Shown one piece after another: positions 10,399 to 19,404 of a stretch of DNA of 64,000 nucleotides. The position numbers were made by a program, and so were the translations under genes. Under the pieces are notes generated by a model that saw nothing but the letters and a program-made list of their open reading frames with translations, made no database searches and was not told the DNA's origin. Position 1 is the stretch's first letter. The number at the start of each line of letters is the position of its first letter. Origin of the DNA: Phycisphaerae bacterium (GTDB taxonomy: Bacteria; Planctomycetota; Phycisphaerae; UBA1845; Fen-1342); NCBI GenBank assembly GCA_050115495.1, contig JASFQK010000018.1:66429-130428 (forward strand), written 5' to 3'.

Positions 10399-10671
10399 GA
10401 CGTACCTCATTCGACGTGTCCGCCGCAGGGCGGAGGCTCGTCGCGCCCACCACGTTCGCCACGATCCCGGGAAGACGTCCGGTACGGGGCCCGGCCGCCA
10501 CGGGGCGCCCGGTGCAGGACCGGACACCACGCCCGGATGGTGCGCCGACAACGGTGGCACCTTATTGGGTATGGACAAAACGAAGCCCCCCGGCGTCAAA
10601 CGAGGCGAGCGAACGCGTGCGGCGGTGGAGGAATAGCTGCGTTTATCGGGCGTGACGCAGCCGCCGGGCGG

Positions 10672-12177
10672 TTACAGGCCGTATTCCTGCCACCGATCGT
10701 CGACGAGCCGCCGGATTTCCGCGGACATCTCGATCTCCGGCGGCCAGTCGCGGACCTGGCCCTCGCCGGCGATCTTCCGCGTCGCGTCGATCCCCATCTT
10801 GCTCCCGACGCCGCAGACCGGAGCCGCATGATCCAGAATGTCCAGCGGCCCGTCCGCGAAGACGACATCCCGCCGGGGATCGACGTTGCTGGCGACGTGG
10901 AAGAGCACCTGCTCCAGGTCGTGCACGTCCACGTGTTCGTCCACGACGACGATGATCTTGGTCAGGGCCATCTGGCCGGCGCCCCACAGAGCGTGCATGA
11001 CCCGCCGGGCCTGGTACGGGTACTCCTTGCGGATCTTCACGAACACGCAGTTGTGGAAGCAGCCGAACCGTGGCAGGTCATAGTCGATCAGGTCCGGCAC
11101 GATCATCTGGAGCATGGGCAGGAAGATCCGCTCCGTCGCCTTGCCCAGCCAATAGTCCTCCATGGGCGGCTTGCCGACGATGGTGGCGGCGTAGATCGCG
11201 TGGCGGCGGTGCGTGATCGCCGTCACGTGCAGGCGGGGGTACAGGTCGGCCAGCGAGTAGAACCCGGTGTGATCGCCGAAGGGGCCTTCGAGGATCGGCT
11301 CTTCCGCCGGGTCGATGTAGCCCTCGATGACGATCTCGGCGGTGGCCGGCACCTCGATGCCCGGCTGGCTGACCGCGGGCACGAGCTCGATGGCTCGCCC
11401 CATGAGAAAGCCGGCGAAGAGGCATTCGTCGATCCCGGGCGGGAGCGGGCACGTGGCGGCATAGGGCAGCACCGCCGGCCCACCGAGGGCGATGGCCAGC
11501 GGCATGCGCTCGCCGCGCTCACGGTATCGGCGGAAGTGGCGGGCGCCGTCGTGGTGCATGTGCCAGTGCATGGCGGCCAGTCGCGGCTCGAAGAGCTGGA
11601 CGCGGTACATGCCGACGTTGCGGTCGCCGGTTTCAGGATCGCGCGTGAAGACCCCGCCGAGTGTCAGGTAGCGGCCGGGCTCGGTTCCGACGGTGGGTAC
11701 GGCCGACGCGGCGTTGCCACAGAGGTCCGGCCGGCCGTCCAGCGGCCAGCATTTCAGGGCGGGCAGGGTCAGGATATTGGCGTCGTCGGTGTGCACGACC
11801 TCCTGACAGATGCCGCGCTTCACGATCTTCGGCGGCAGGCTGCCGAGCTGGGCCAGCTCCGGCAGCTTCTTCAGCTTGGCCATGAGCGTGGTGGGCATCT
11901 CGGGGCGGAGGAGGCGGGCGACGCGGTCGGCGACGGCTGCGAAGCTGGCGGCTCCGAGAGCGAGGCACATCCGCTCCTGCGTGCCGAACGTGTTGATGAG
12001 CACGGGGAAGTCGTATCCGCGGACGCGTTCGAACAGCAGGGCCGGTCCGCCGGCCTTCATGACACGGTCGGCGATCTCGGTGATTTCGAGGATCGGGTCG
12101 ACCTCGGCGGCGATGCGTTTCAGCCAGCCGCGCTGTTCGAGCTCCGTCACGAACGTTTGCAGGTCGTCTGCGGGCAC
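10672..12177 (-). CDS. UbiD-family decarboxylase (menaquinone/futalosine-type)
   Basis: GGPALLFE, RNVGMYR, MHWHMHHDG, EGPFGDHTGFY, GSKMGIDAT. Confidence 0.9.
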   Translation of the reverse strand: MPADDLQTFVTELEQRGWLKRIAAEVDPILEITEIADRVMKAGGPALLFERVRGYDFPVLINTFGTQERMCLALGAASFAAVADRVARLLRPEMPTTLMAKLKKLPELAQLGSLPPKIVKRGICQEVVHTDDANILTLPALKCWPLDGRPDLCGNAASAVPTVGTEPGRYLTLGGVFTRDPETGDRNVGMYRVQLFEPRLAAMHWHMHHDGARHFRRYRERGERMPLAIALGGPAVLPYAATCPLPPGIDECLFAGFLMGRAIELVPAVSQPGIEVPATAEIVIEGYIDPAEEPILEGPFGDHTGFYSLADLYPRLHVTAITHRRHAIYAATIVGKPPMEDYWLGKATERIFLPMLQMIVPDLIDYDLPRFGCFHNCVFVKIRKEYPYQARRVMHALWGAGQMALTKIIVVVDEHVDVHDLEQVLFHVASNVDPRRDVVFADGPLDILDHAAPVCGVGSKMGIDATRKIAGEGQVRDWPPEIEMSAEIRRLVDDRWQEYGL

Positions 12178-12270
12178 CGGCAGGTCCTCCGCCGCGTGAA
12201 GGCCGCGGGCGCCGGCAGTATAGGACGTCTCCCGCCGGCGATGTAGCCGCCGGGCGGGCCCAGTCCGTTG

Positions 12271-12350
12271 AAAAAGGGGACTGGCTCCGAGCCGCGGCGC
12301 TGATACGGGAGCAGAAACCCGGCGGAGCGAGGTGCCCGTCCCCTTCCTTA
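12271..12350. repeat. REP-like palindromic element family C, copy 1 (GGGGACTGGCTC...GGTGCC(C/T)GTCCCC)
   Basis: Same imperfect terminal inverted repeats with a variable centre recur at about 54543-54625 and 61699-61780. Confidence 0.75.
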
Positions 12351-12433
12351 ACGGGCTCTTAGGCTACAATTCTATGTGAGGCCGCCCGGCTCGTGTGCGC
12401 CGGCAGGGCCGGTGTCGTGTTTTGGGGCAGCCC

Positions 12434-13312
12434 GTGGGCTGGAACGACCGCGACTACTCGCAGGAGACGTGGACCGACCGCGGCGGTGGGCCGGTGTCGT
12501 TTCGTTGGCCATCGCGTGTGGCGGGCGTGCTAGTCGCGCTGCACGTCGTCGCGTTCGTGCTGCTGCGTGCGCTGCCCGGCGGCGAGGAGGCGGTCGGCAA
12601 ACTCGTTCTGCAAGGGCCAGCGGTGCAGCCGCTGGCCGTGCTGACGCACCCGCTGGCGACGACGGGCGTTCTGACGCTGCTGGTGACGATCGTCGGCGTC
12701 TGGTGGCTGGGGACGCGGATCGAGGAGGAGAGCGGTCGCGTCCGGCTGCTCAGCTTGTACGTCGCCGGCAACGTGCTGGCCGGGTTGGCGTTCTATGCGG
12801 TGGCCTCACTGCGGCCGGCGCTGGCCGGGGCGGAACTCGACTATCCGGGCGGGGCGTTCGTGGCGTGGATGGTCGTCTTCTTTCGGCGGCACGCCGGCGA
12901 GATGATGCCCGTGTTCGGGCGACTGCGACCGGCCCGCCAGGTGGTGATGATCGCGGTTGCGATTGTGGCGGGACTGATGTTCCTCTTCGGCGGGCCGGCG
13001 GTCATCGCTCGCCTGGTGGCGCTGGCGGTCGGCGGCCTGGCCGAACCGCTCGTTCGGCGGGTGCCACTTCCGATCGGTCGGACGGGCTGGCAGCATCGGC
13101 CGCGCGTCCGGCCGAGCATTCCGCGGGAGCCCATCCTCCCCGAGCCACCGCCGCCGGAACCGGAGTCCGGCGACGAGCCGGCGATCGACGATATCCTGGC
13201 GAAGATTAGCAGCTCGGGTCTGGCTTCGCTGACGGATGAGGAACGGGCCCGGCTGGAGGCGGCCCGGCGGGCTAAGCTGCGGTCCTCGTCCGGCGCCCGA
13301 ACCGGTTCCTGA
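12434..13312 (+). CDS. Rhomboid-fold membrane protein, probably catalytically inactive, with conserved C-terminal IDDILAKISSSG domain
   Basis: GTG start GWNDRDY, WWLGTRIEE, TM pattern of rhomboids. LDYPGGAF replaces GxSG and ARL replaces AHL. Confidence 0.7.
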   Translation: MGWNDRDYSQETWTDRGGGPVSFRWPSRVAGVLVALHVVAFVLLRALPGGEEAVGKLVLQGPAVQPLAVLTHPLATTGVLTLLVTIVGVWWLGTRIEEESGRVRLLSLYVAGNVLAGLAFYAVASLRPALAGAELDYPGGAFVAWMVVFFRRHAGEMMPVFGRLRPARQVVMIAVAIVAGLMFLFGGPAVIARLVALAVGGLAEPLVRRVPLPIGRTGWQHRPRVRPSIPREPILPEPPPPEPESGDEPAIDDILAKISSSGLASLTDEERARLEAARRAKLRSSSGARTGS

Positions 13313-14306
13313 AGAACTTCCTCAGCGGGCGGATAAGGCCGCGGCGAGCGCCGTACTCCGTGGCCATGAGCAGCGGTAGCATGCCAATCCAGAGCACCTC
13401 GATCGCTGCGACGACGAGCAACTCCTCCACCGTTGACAATGTCCGGTCCGAAGTACTACTGCGCAGCGGAACCTCAGGGGAGCATGCGGCACGCAGAATA
13501 GGCACCAGGGCGAAGGCCGCGCCGATCACGAGCCATGTCAGGCAGTGCCTACGAAGGTCTCTTGCGTGTTCCTCGTGACCGGTCGCGCTCGGACAGTGTA
13601 TACGCTGCAACGCGCCTTCGAGGACTCTCCAATCGTGGTAATTCTCTGGGATGAGAGATACCTTGGGCTGGATGGACAGGCTGGGCGTGCGGCACCACCG
13701 GCGTTTCTCAAGCTGCGTGGCGTCGCTCCAGGACTGGAACGTCTCCTGGCCGGTGTCGAGGATGCGCCGGATTCCCGCCGCCGTGGTCTGCGCTGCCAGC
13801 GCACGCGGCCCCGGGCAACGACTCTTCCAGACGAACAAGAGAAAGGCGCCTGCCACCGCGAGGAAGCCCAGGACGATGACAAGTGGAGGGAGCAGAATGA
13901 GTCCAAGCTGGCCAGCATCGGCAGCCCCGGCACTCAGCAAGTCCTGACGGGCACGCGCCAGCATCATCAGAGACACGAACAGAAAGCCTGCGGCCGCCAC
14001 AATGCAGACGAACCATTCCGGGGCAGCGAAGCGGGGGCGTTTCCAGAACCGATCGTAGCTGCCGTCTTGTAGTGCTCGGGCGGCGGCCCGCACGCGCAGC
14101 CGGCGGATCCGCCAGCTCCCAGCGTATTCGGGCAGGTGTATGCCGCGCGGCAGCCACGGATGCAGGGATCTGACCGCGTCGGAGGGTATCAAGTACTGGC
14201 GGCCGCCACGAAGTTCGGTCCAGGGGATGCGAGCGCTGAGGCCATCGGAGCGCGTGACTTCGAGGGTGGAGAGGTGGAAACGGTATTGAAGCTGTTTCCT
14301 TCTCAT
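13272..14306 (-). CDS. Hypothetical membrane protein, paralog A
   Basis: 344-aa ORF with about four TM segments; shares N- and C-terminal blocks with 14342-15400. Confidence 0.7.
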   Translation of the reverse strand: MRRKQLQYRFHLSTLEVTRSDGLSARIPWTELRGGRQYLIPSDAVRSLHPWLPRGIHLPEYAGSWRIRRLRVRAAARALQDGSYDRFWKRPRFAAPEWFVCIVAAAGFLFVSLMMLARARQDLLSAGAADAGQLGLILLPPLVIVLGFLAVAGAFLLFVWKSRCPGPRALAAQTTAAGIRRILDTGQETFQSWSDATQLEKRRWCRTPSLSIQPKVSLIPENYHDWRVLEGALQRIHCPSATGHEEHARDLRRHCLTWLVIGAAFALVPILRAACSPEVPLRSSTSDRTLSTVEELLVVAAIEVLWIGMLPLLMATEYGARRGLIRPLRKFFRNRFGRRTRTAA

Positions 14307-14341
14307 GACATGTGTATCATGCCACAGGCGCCCGGCGGACG

Positions 14342-15400
14342 CTATTGCAAACCCACTGCGCGTTTCCCACGACGGCGCCCGAAGCGGTCCCGGAAGAACT
14401 TCTTCAGCGGGCGGATGAGGCCGCGGCGGGCGCCCAGGTCACTGGCGATCGCCGCAGGAAACAGACAGATCACAAGCCCTTCCATTAGCCCGCATAGCGC
14501 AAGCTTCTTCGCGAAGGATACCGGTTCCCGATGGCGTACGACGTCCAGAGAGTCCGCCGCATCGTGCTCGGGCAGCACGAGAAACAGCGTCAAGAGCCCG
14601 CCGAAGAGGAGCACAATGAACAACCAGCCCCAACACGCCTGTCGGAAGTCTCTGGCGTGGTCTCGCCGAGGCGCGGTCCCGGGGTGCAGCACGCGCTGCA
14701 GCGCCTCTTGCAGGATTCCGTAGCTGCACGGGGGCAGTAGGGAGCCAAGAATGGGCGACCGCATTCGCAGCCGGAGCGTCTTGCCGTCCCAGCCGCGTTT
14801 GAGCTCAGTGGCTTCGCTCCAGGTCTGGTACGTCTCCTGACCGTTGCTGAGGTAGCGGCGCAGACCTGCCGACGTGGCCCGGGCGGCGAGCACACGCAGC
14901 CTCCGTTCCTGCATCCAGCCGATAACGGACGCCACGATAGCGGCGACAATGCACGCCACGATCGCCACGACAAAGGGCGTTGGCAACACGGGGTCCGGCA
15001 AATCGGCTTCGGCGGCTCCGGCGTCCAACGCGTACTGCCGGTAGTAGTGCAGCGCCGCGATGCAGATCAACAGTGTAATCGCGCCCGGAATCAGGACTGC
15101 CCTCCAAACGCCGCCGAGCGAGGTGGTATCCACCCAGAACCGGTCGTAGCTGCCGTCCTGTAGGGCGTGGGCGGTGGACCGCACTCGGAGACGGCGGATC
15201 TGCTGCTGCCCCACGCCGGTCGGTAGACGAAGGCGGCGTGGCAGCCACGGATGTGCAGTTCTGACCGCGTTGGGCAGGACGAGGATGCCACTGCCATGGT
15301 TGACCTCGGCCCAGGGGATGCGAACGCTCAGGCCGTCGGGGCGCGTGACCTCGAGGTGGGAGACGTGGAACCCGTATTGGAGCCGTTTCCTTCTCAACAC
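14342..15400 (-). CDS. Hypothetical membrane protein, paralog B
   Basis: Shared blocks RRKxLQYxFH..LEVTRxDGLS, ALQDGSYDRFW, GARRGLIRPLxKFFRxRFGRR. Confidence 0.7.
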   Translation of the reverse strand: MLRRKRLQYGFHVSHLEVTRPDGLSVRIPWAEVNHGSGILVLPNAVRTAHPWLPRRLRLPTGVGQQQIRRLRVRSTAHALQDGSYDRFWVDTTSLGGVWRAVLIPGAITLLICIAALHYYRQYALDAGAAEADLPDPVLPTPFVVAIVACIVAAIVASVIGWMQERRLRVLAARATSAGLRRYLSNGQETYQTWSEATELKRGWDGKTLRLRMRSPILGSLLPPCSYGILQEALQRVLHPGTAPRRDHARDFRQACWGWLFIVLLFGGLLTLFLVLPEHDAADSLDVVRHREPVSFAKKLALCGLMEGLVICLFPAAIASDLGARRGLIRPLKKFFRDRFGRRRGKRAVGLQ

Positions 15401-15586
15401 ATCTGCATTATCGCTCGGCCGCTACGTGCAGGCCATTAGAAACGGGGGCCCGCTTCCTACGGTGGCGCCTTCCCGTGAATCGCTCTGCCGTCGGGTCGTC
15501 CGGGCGTCGTCGCCGCCGAACGGCGGGTGCGTTTCGACCGGCGGCTGGCTAGAATCCGGGGACCTTTGAGCCATGGAGCCCGTGCT

Positions 15587-16810
15587 ATGCCGCCTCGTCG
15601 TTTGACTCGCCAGGTTCAGGTCGGTTCGGTCAAGATCGGCGGCGACGCCCCCGTCGCCGTCCAGACCATGACCGCCGGCCATACTTATGACGTCGACGCC
15701 TGCATCGCCGAAGTGCAGCGCCTGGCCGCCGCCGGCGCCGACCTCGTCCGCGTCGCCGTCCCGACCAAGCGCGACACCGAGGCCCTGCCGGCGATCCTGG
15801 CCGCCTCTCCCGTCCCGATCATCGCCGACGTGCACTTCCACTTCGAGCGGGCCCTCGAAGCCATCGCCGCCGGCGTGCACAAGATCCGGCTGAACCCCGG
15901 CAACATCCAGGACCGCCCGCAGGTCGAACGCGTCATCGCGGCCTGCAGGGAGCGCGGCGTCCCCATTCGTGTCGGCGTCAACGAGGGCAGCATCGTCGAA
16001 CGCCGCGACCGCGACGTCCGCGCCGCCCAGAAAGCCACGCTCGAGCACGACTACCAGGCGAACCTCATCCGCCTGATGCTCGACAAGCTCGACGACTACC
16101 TGCGCATCTTCGACGCCTGCGACTTCCACGGCATCGTCATCTCGGCCAAGTCGATCGACCCACGCCTGGTCATCGACGTCTACACGGCGATCAGCGAGCG
16201 CTACGATTTCCCGCTGCATCTGGGCGTCACGCACGCCGGCCCGCCCGAGACCGGCCGCATCCGTTCGGTCGTCGCCCTGGGCACGCTGCTGGCCAACGGC
16301 ATCGGCGACACGATCCGCATCTCTTACGCCGCCGACCCCGTGTACGAGGTCGAGGACGGCCACGAGATGCTCTGCTGCCTGGGGCTGCGGGATCGGCGCG
16401 AGCCGGAGCTGATCGCCTGCCCGACGTGCGGCCGCATCCAGGTCGACCTGTTCCGGCTCGTGCAGGACGTGCGGGCGAAGCTGTCCGAAATCGACGTGCC
16501 GATGAAGGTGGCGGTGATGGGCTGCGTGGTGAACGGCCCCGGCGAGTGCGAAGGAGCCGACGTGGCCATCTTCGCCGGTGCGGGCAAGGGCGTCATCTAC
16601 GTACAGGGCGAGCAGCGGCAGACCGTCGCCGAGGACCAGATGCTCGAAGCCTTGCTGCACGAATGCCGCGAGCTGGCCGGCAAGGTCAAACGCGGCGAGG
16701 CCAGCCTCTTCGGCGGTCGGGCCGCGGTCACGCCGCCGCGTGAACCGGCCGCGCCGGGACGACCGGTGCAGATGAACGTCTCGGGGCGTCGGGGCTCAGC
16801 AGCGACGTAG
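15587..16810 (+). CDS. ispG: (E)-4-hydroxy-3-methylbut-2-enyl-diphosphate synthase
   Basis: VAVQTMT, IIADVHF, RLNPGNI, RVGVNEGS, LHLGVTHAG, IGDTIRIS, CPTCGR, VMGCVVNGPGE. Confidence 0.96.
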   Translation: MPPRRLTRQVQVGSVKIGGDAPVAVQTMTAGHTYDVDACIAEVQRLAAAGADLVRVAVPTKRDTEALPAILAASPVPIIADVHFHFERALEAIAAGVHKIRLNPGNIQDRPQVERVIAACRERGVPIRVGVNEGSIVERRDRDVRAAQKATLEHDYQANLIRLMLDKLDDYLRIFDACDFHGIVISAKSIDPRLVIDVYTAISERYDFPLHLGVTHAGPPETGRIRSVVALGTLLANGIGDTIRISYAADPVYEVEDGHEMLCCLGLRDRREPELIACPTCGRIQVDLFRLVQDVRAKLSEIDVPMKVAVMGCVVNGPGECEGADVAIFAGAGKGVIYVQGEQRQTVAEDQMLEALLHECRELAGKVKRGEASLFGGRAAVTPPREPAAPGRPVQMNVSGRRGSAAT

Positions 16811-16842
16811 CGCAGAATCCGTCGTGGACCGTTGCCGATGCC

Positions 16843-16954
16843 TGGGTGGGACGGGCGTCTGAGCCTGTGAATCATTCCCGGGTGGGTCGGGCGTCCCGCC
16901 CGACATTTCTCTGGTTCCAGGGCGAATACGGCAGGCGAGACGCCTGCCCCACCC
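16843..16954. repeat. REP-like palindromic cluster (GGGTGGG(A/T)CGGGCGTC...GACGCCTGCCCCACCC)
   Basis: Two direct copies and one inverted copy between the convergent ispG and sulfatase-like genes. Confidence 0.6.
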
Positions 16955-17047
16955 AGTGTTCCTGTTCCACCAGTGTTGGGAATTATCTCACAAGCGCAGA
17001 CGCCCGATCCGCCCGTGTCGCGGGATTCGCGACGAGATAGTCCCGTG

Positions 17048-19222
17048 TCACGGTAGCTCGCGATACGGCCGGCCGGCCTGGTAGTAGACCAGGTAGCCGC
17101 GAATTGTCGCCGCCAGCGCCTCTTTGTCGGCGGCTGCGGCGCGTTCGGCGGCGCGTATGGCCGTCTGCGTCGCGGCGGGATAGTCGCCCGTCTCGGCCTG
17201 AGCGGCGGCGAGGGCGACCTGCGATTCAATTTCCGGCTCACCCGCTGTGTCGCAGCTCAGCCTCGCCAGACGCAGCGCCTCCGCGCCGTCACGCAGCTCC
17301 GCATCCCAGGCGGTGGCCAACACCCAGGCCAGCGTGCGGGCCAGGTCGCGGTTGTTCGGACGACCAGCCACCGCTGGCCGGAGTACATCCAGCGCCGCCT
17401 GCGTGTCGCCCGCCGTCAGCAGCAGCGTGCCCAGCCGCAGCGCCGCTTCCGCGGAGTTCGGATCGGCCGCGAGCTGCTGCCGGCACTTCTCCATCTCGCC
17501 GTGACGCTGCTGGGCATACGTCGCCAGCCGGGTGAGCAACTCCTTCGCGTCGGGGTACTTCTCGTCGAGGGCCATGCCTCTCTGGCAGGCCGCCGCCGCC
17601 TGGGCGAGCCGCCCGCGCGTGCCCAGTGTGATGGCCAGCTCGATGTTGGCCTCGGCCGACTCCGGGTGCATGGACACGGCCCGCAGCAGCATGGCCTGAC
17701 TGTCGACCAGGCGGCCGGCGAGGCGATAGGCCTTGCCCAGTCCGAGCACCAGGACGAACGACTCTGGGCTGCGCTTGACCGCCGGTTCCAGCAGGGAGAT
17801 GGCCTCCGCCCCCTCGTTGTTGACGATGTGATATTCGGCCATGCGGAAGTCGTGGTCGATGTCTGCCATGTCCCGTGGGTTCTTCAGGTTGCTCGTTTCA
17901 ACCGGCGCAGGGGCCCCGCCGACGTAGCCGAGACTCTGCAATCGCGCCAAGCCCTCGGCGTCCATGACCACGCTCGCTCCCTCGCGTTGCCGCATCGCAG
18001 CTTCGAGTGCGGCGAGTGCGGCTTCCATGTCCTCAACGATCTCTGGGTGGTCCGCTGCGATGTTGTTCAACTCGCCGCGATCAGTCGCCAAGTCGTACAG
18101 CTCGATCTGGGGGGCACGGATATACTTCCAGTTGCCGTCGACGAGGCAACGCAGCTTGCTCCAGCCGAAGTTGTGGAAGCCGTAGTCCGACTCGCCGTAG
18201 CTGCTGCGCGGCGCCAGCGTCCTGCCCACGAGGGCCGGCAGGAAGCTCTCGCCACTGACTTCCGCCGGGATCGGCTGCCCGATCAGCTCGAGGACCGTGG
18301 GCATCAGGTCGATCAGCCGCACGGTGTCGGCCCGCACCTGGCCTTCGGGAATCCGCCCCGGTAGGGAGACGATCAACGGCACGCGCATCATCGCGTCATA
18401 GGCCAGCAGCGAGTGCCACAGATACCGGTGTTCTCCGAGCGATTCGCCGTGGTCGCCGACGGCGATGATGAGCGTCTTCTCGCGCAGGCCGTTCGCACTG
18501 AGCCACTCCATCACACGGCTGATCTGGGCGTCCACGAAGGCGATCTCGCCGTCGTAGCCGTCGCCGGCCGCTTTCTCGAGGTAGGCCGTCGGCGGCGTGT
18601 AAGGTGTGTGCGGGTCGTAGAAATGCAGCCAGCCCATGAAGCGCTGATCCTTCACCCGCGTTAGCCAAGCCAGGCCGCGGTCGACGACCAGATCGGCGCT
18701 GATCTCCTCGCCTCTTGGGCTGGAGGCGATGCTGACCATATCGTCTTCGTAGACCTCGAAGCCGCGGTCCAGCCCGAACCGGCTGTCGAGCACGAACGAT
18801 GCCAGGAATGCGGCCGTTCGGTAGCCCTGGTCGCGGAGTATCTGGGCGAGCGTACGCAGGCCGGGGGCGAGTGAGTCGGGTCCGTTGTCCCGCAGGCCGA
18901 TCTCGGCCGGGTAGCAGCCGGTGAGCATCGTGCCGTGTGACGGCAGCGTGATGGGTACCTGCGTGAAGGCGTTGGTGAAGTGCACGCCGCGGTGGGCCAG
19001 GTCGTCGAGCGCCGGCGTGACCGCGCGTTCCCAGCCGGCGAAACCGAGGTGGTCGGCGCGGGTCGTGTCCAACGTCAGCAGCAGGATGTTGTAGCCGGCC
19101 AGACTTCCCTTCAGTGCCTCGGGGGTGTTCGGCGGCGTCGAGCGGTTGCAGCCACAGAACAGAGGGGCGACAGCAAGGAACAAGATCAACAGAGCGTGCG
19201 TACAGCGGTGCATGCCAAGCAT
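17048..19222 (-). CDS. Sulfatase-like (alkaline phosphatase superfamily) hydrolase with C-terminal TPR repeats, probable lipoprotein
   Basis: TLDTTRADHL, TLPSHGTMLTG, HFYDPH, GDHGESLGEH, LQSLGY; TPR-like tail; lipobox-like FCGC. Confidence 0.85.
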   Translation of the reverse strand: MLGMHRCTHALLILFLAVAPLFCGCNRSTPPNTPEALKGSLAGYNILLLTLDTTRADHLGFAGWERAVTPALDDLAHRGVHFTNAFTQVPITLPSHGTMLTGCYPAEIGLRDNGPDSLAPGLRTLAQILRDQGYRTAAFLASFVLDSRFGLDRGFEVYEDDMVSIASSPRGEEISADLVVDRGLAWLTRVKDQRFMGWLHFYDPHTPYTPPTAYLEKAAGDGYDGEIAFVDAQISRVMEWLSANGLREKTLIIAVGDHGESLGEHRYLWHSLLAYDAMMRVPLIVSLPGRIPEGQVRADTVRLIDLMPTVLELIGQPIPAEVSGESFLPALVGRTLAPRSSYGESDYGFHNFGWSKLRCLVDGNWKYIRAPQIELYDLATDRGELNNIAADHPEIVEDMEAALAALEAAMRQREGASVVMDAEGLARLQSLGYVGGAPAPVETSNLKNPRDMADIDHDFRMAEYHIVNNEGAEAISLLEPAVKRSPESFVLVLGLGKAYRLAGRLVDSQAMLLRAVSMHPESAEANIELAITLGTRGRLAQAAAACQRGMALDEKYPDAKELLTRLATYAQQRHGEMEKCRQQLAADPNSAEAALRLGTLLLTAGDTQAALDVLRPAVAGRPNNRDLARTLAWVLATAWDAELRDGAEALRLARLSCDTAGEPEIESQVALAAAQAETGDYPAATQTAIRAAERAAAADKEALAATIRGYLVYYQAGRPYRELP

Positions 19223-19404
19223 CCTTTCGCGACGTCAAGCGTCAACTCAAATGCGCAGCTTATCAGAATCAGCGACACGGAGGTATCCTCATGGTCACCG
19301 CTGGATTTGCGACGTGGGTGGACCTGCTCTTAGAATAGCCCGTACGCTTGCCCCGCGTGCCGTCGGTTGGTGCGTGGCTATGCGCAACCCACGCGAGACC
19401 GCCG

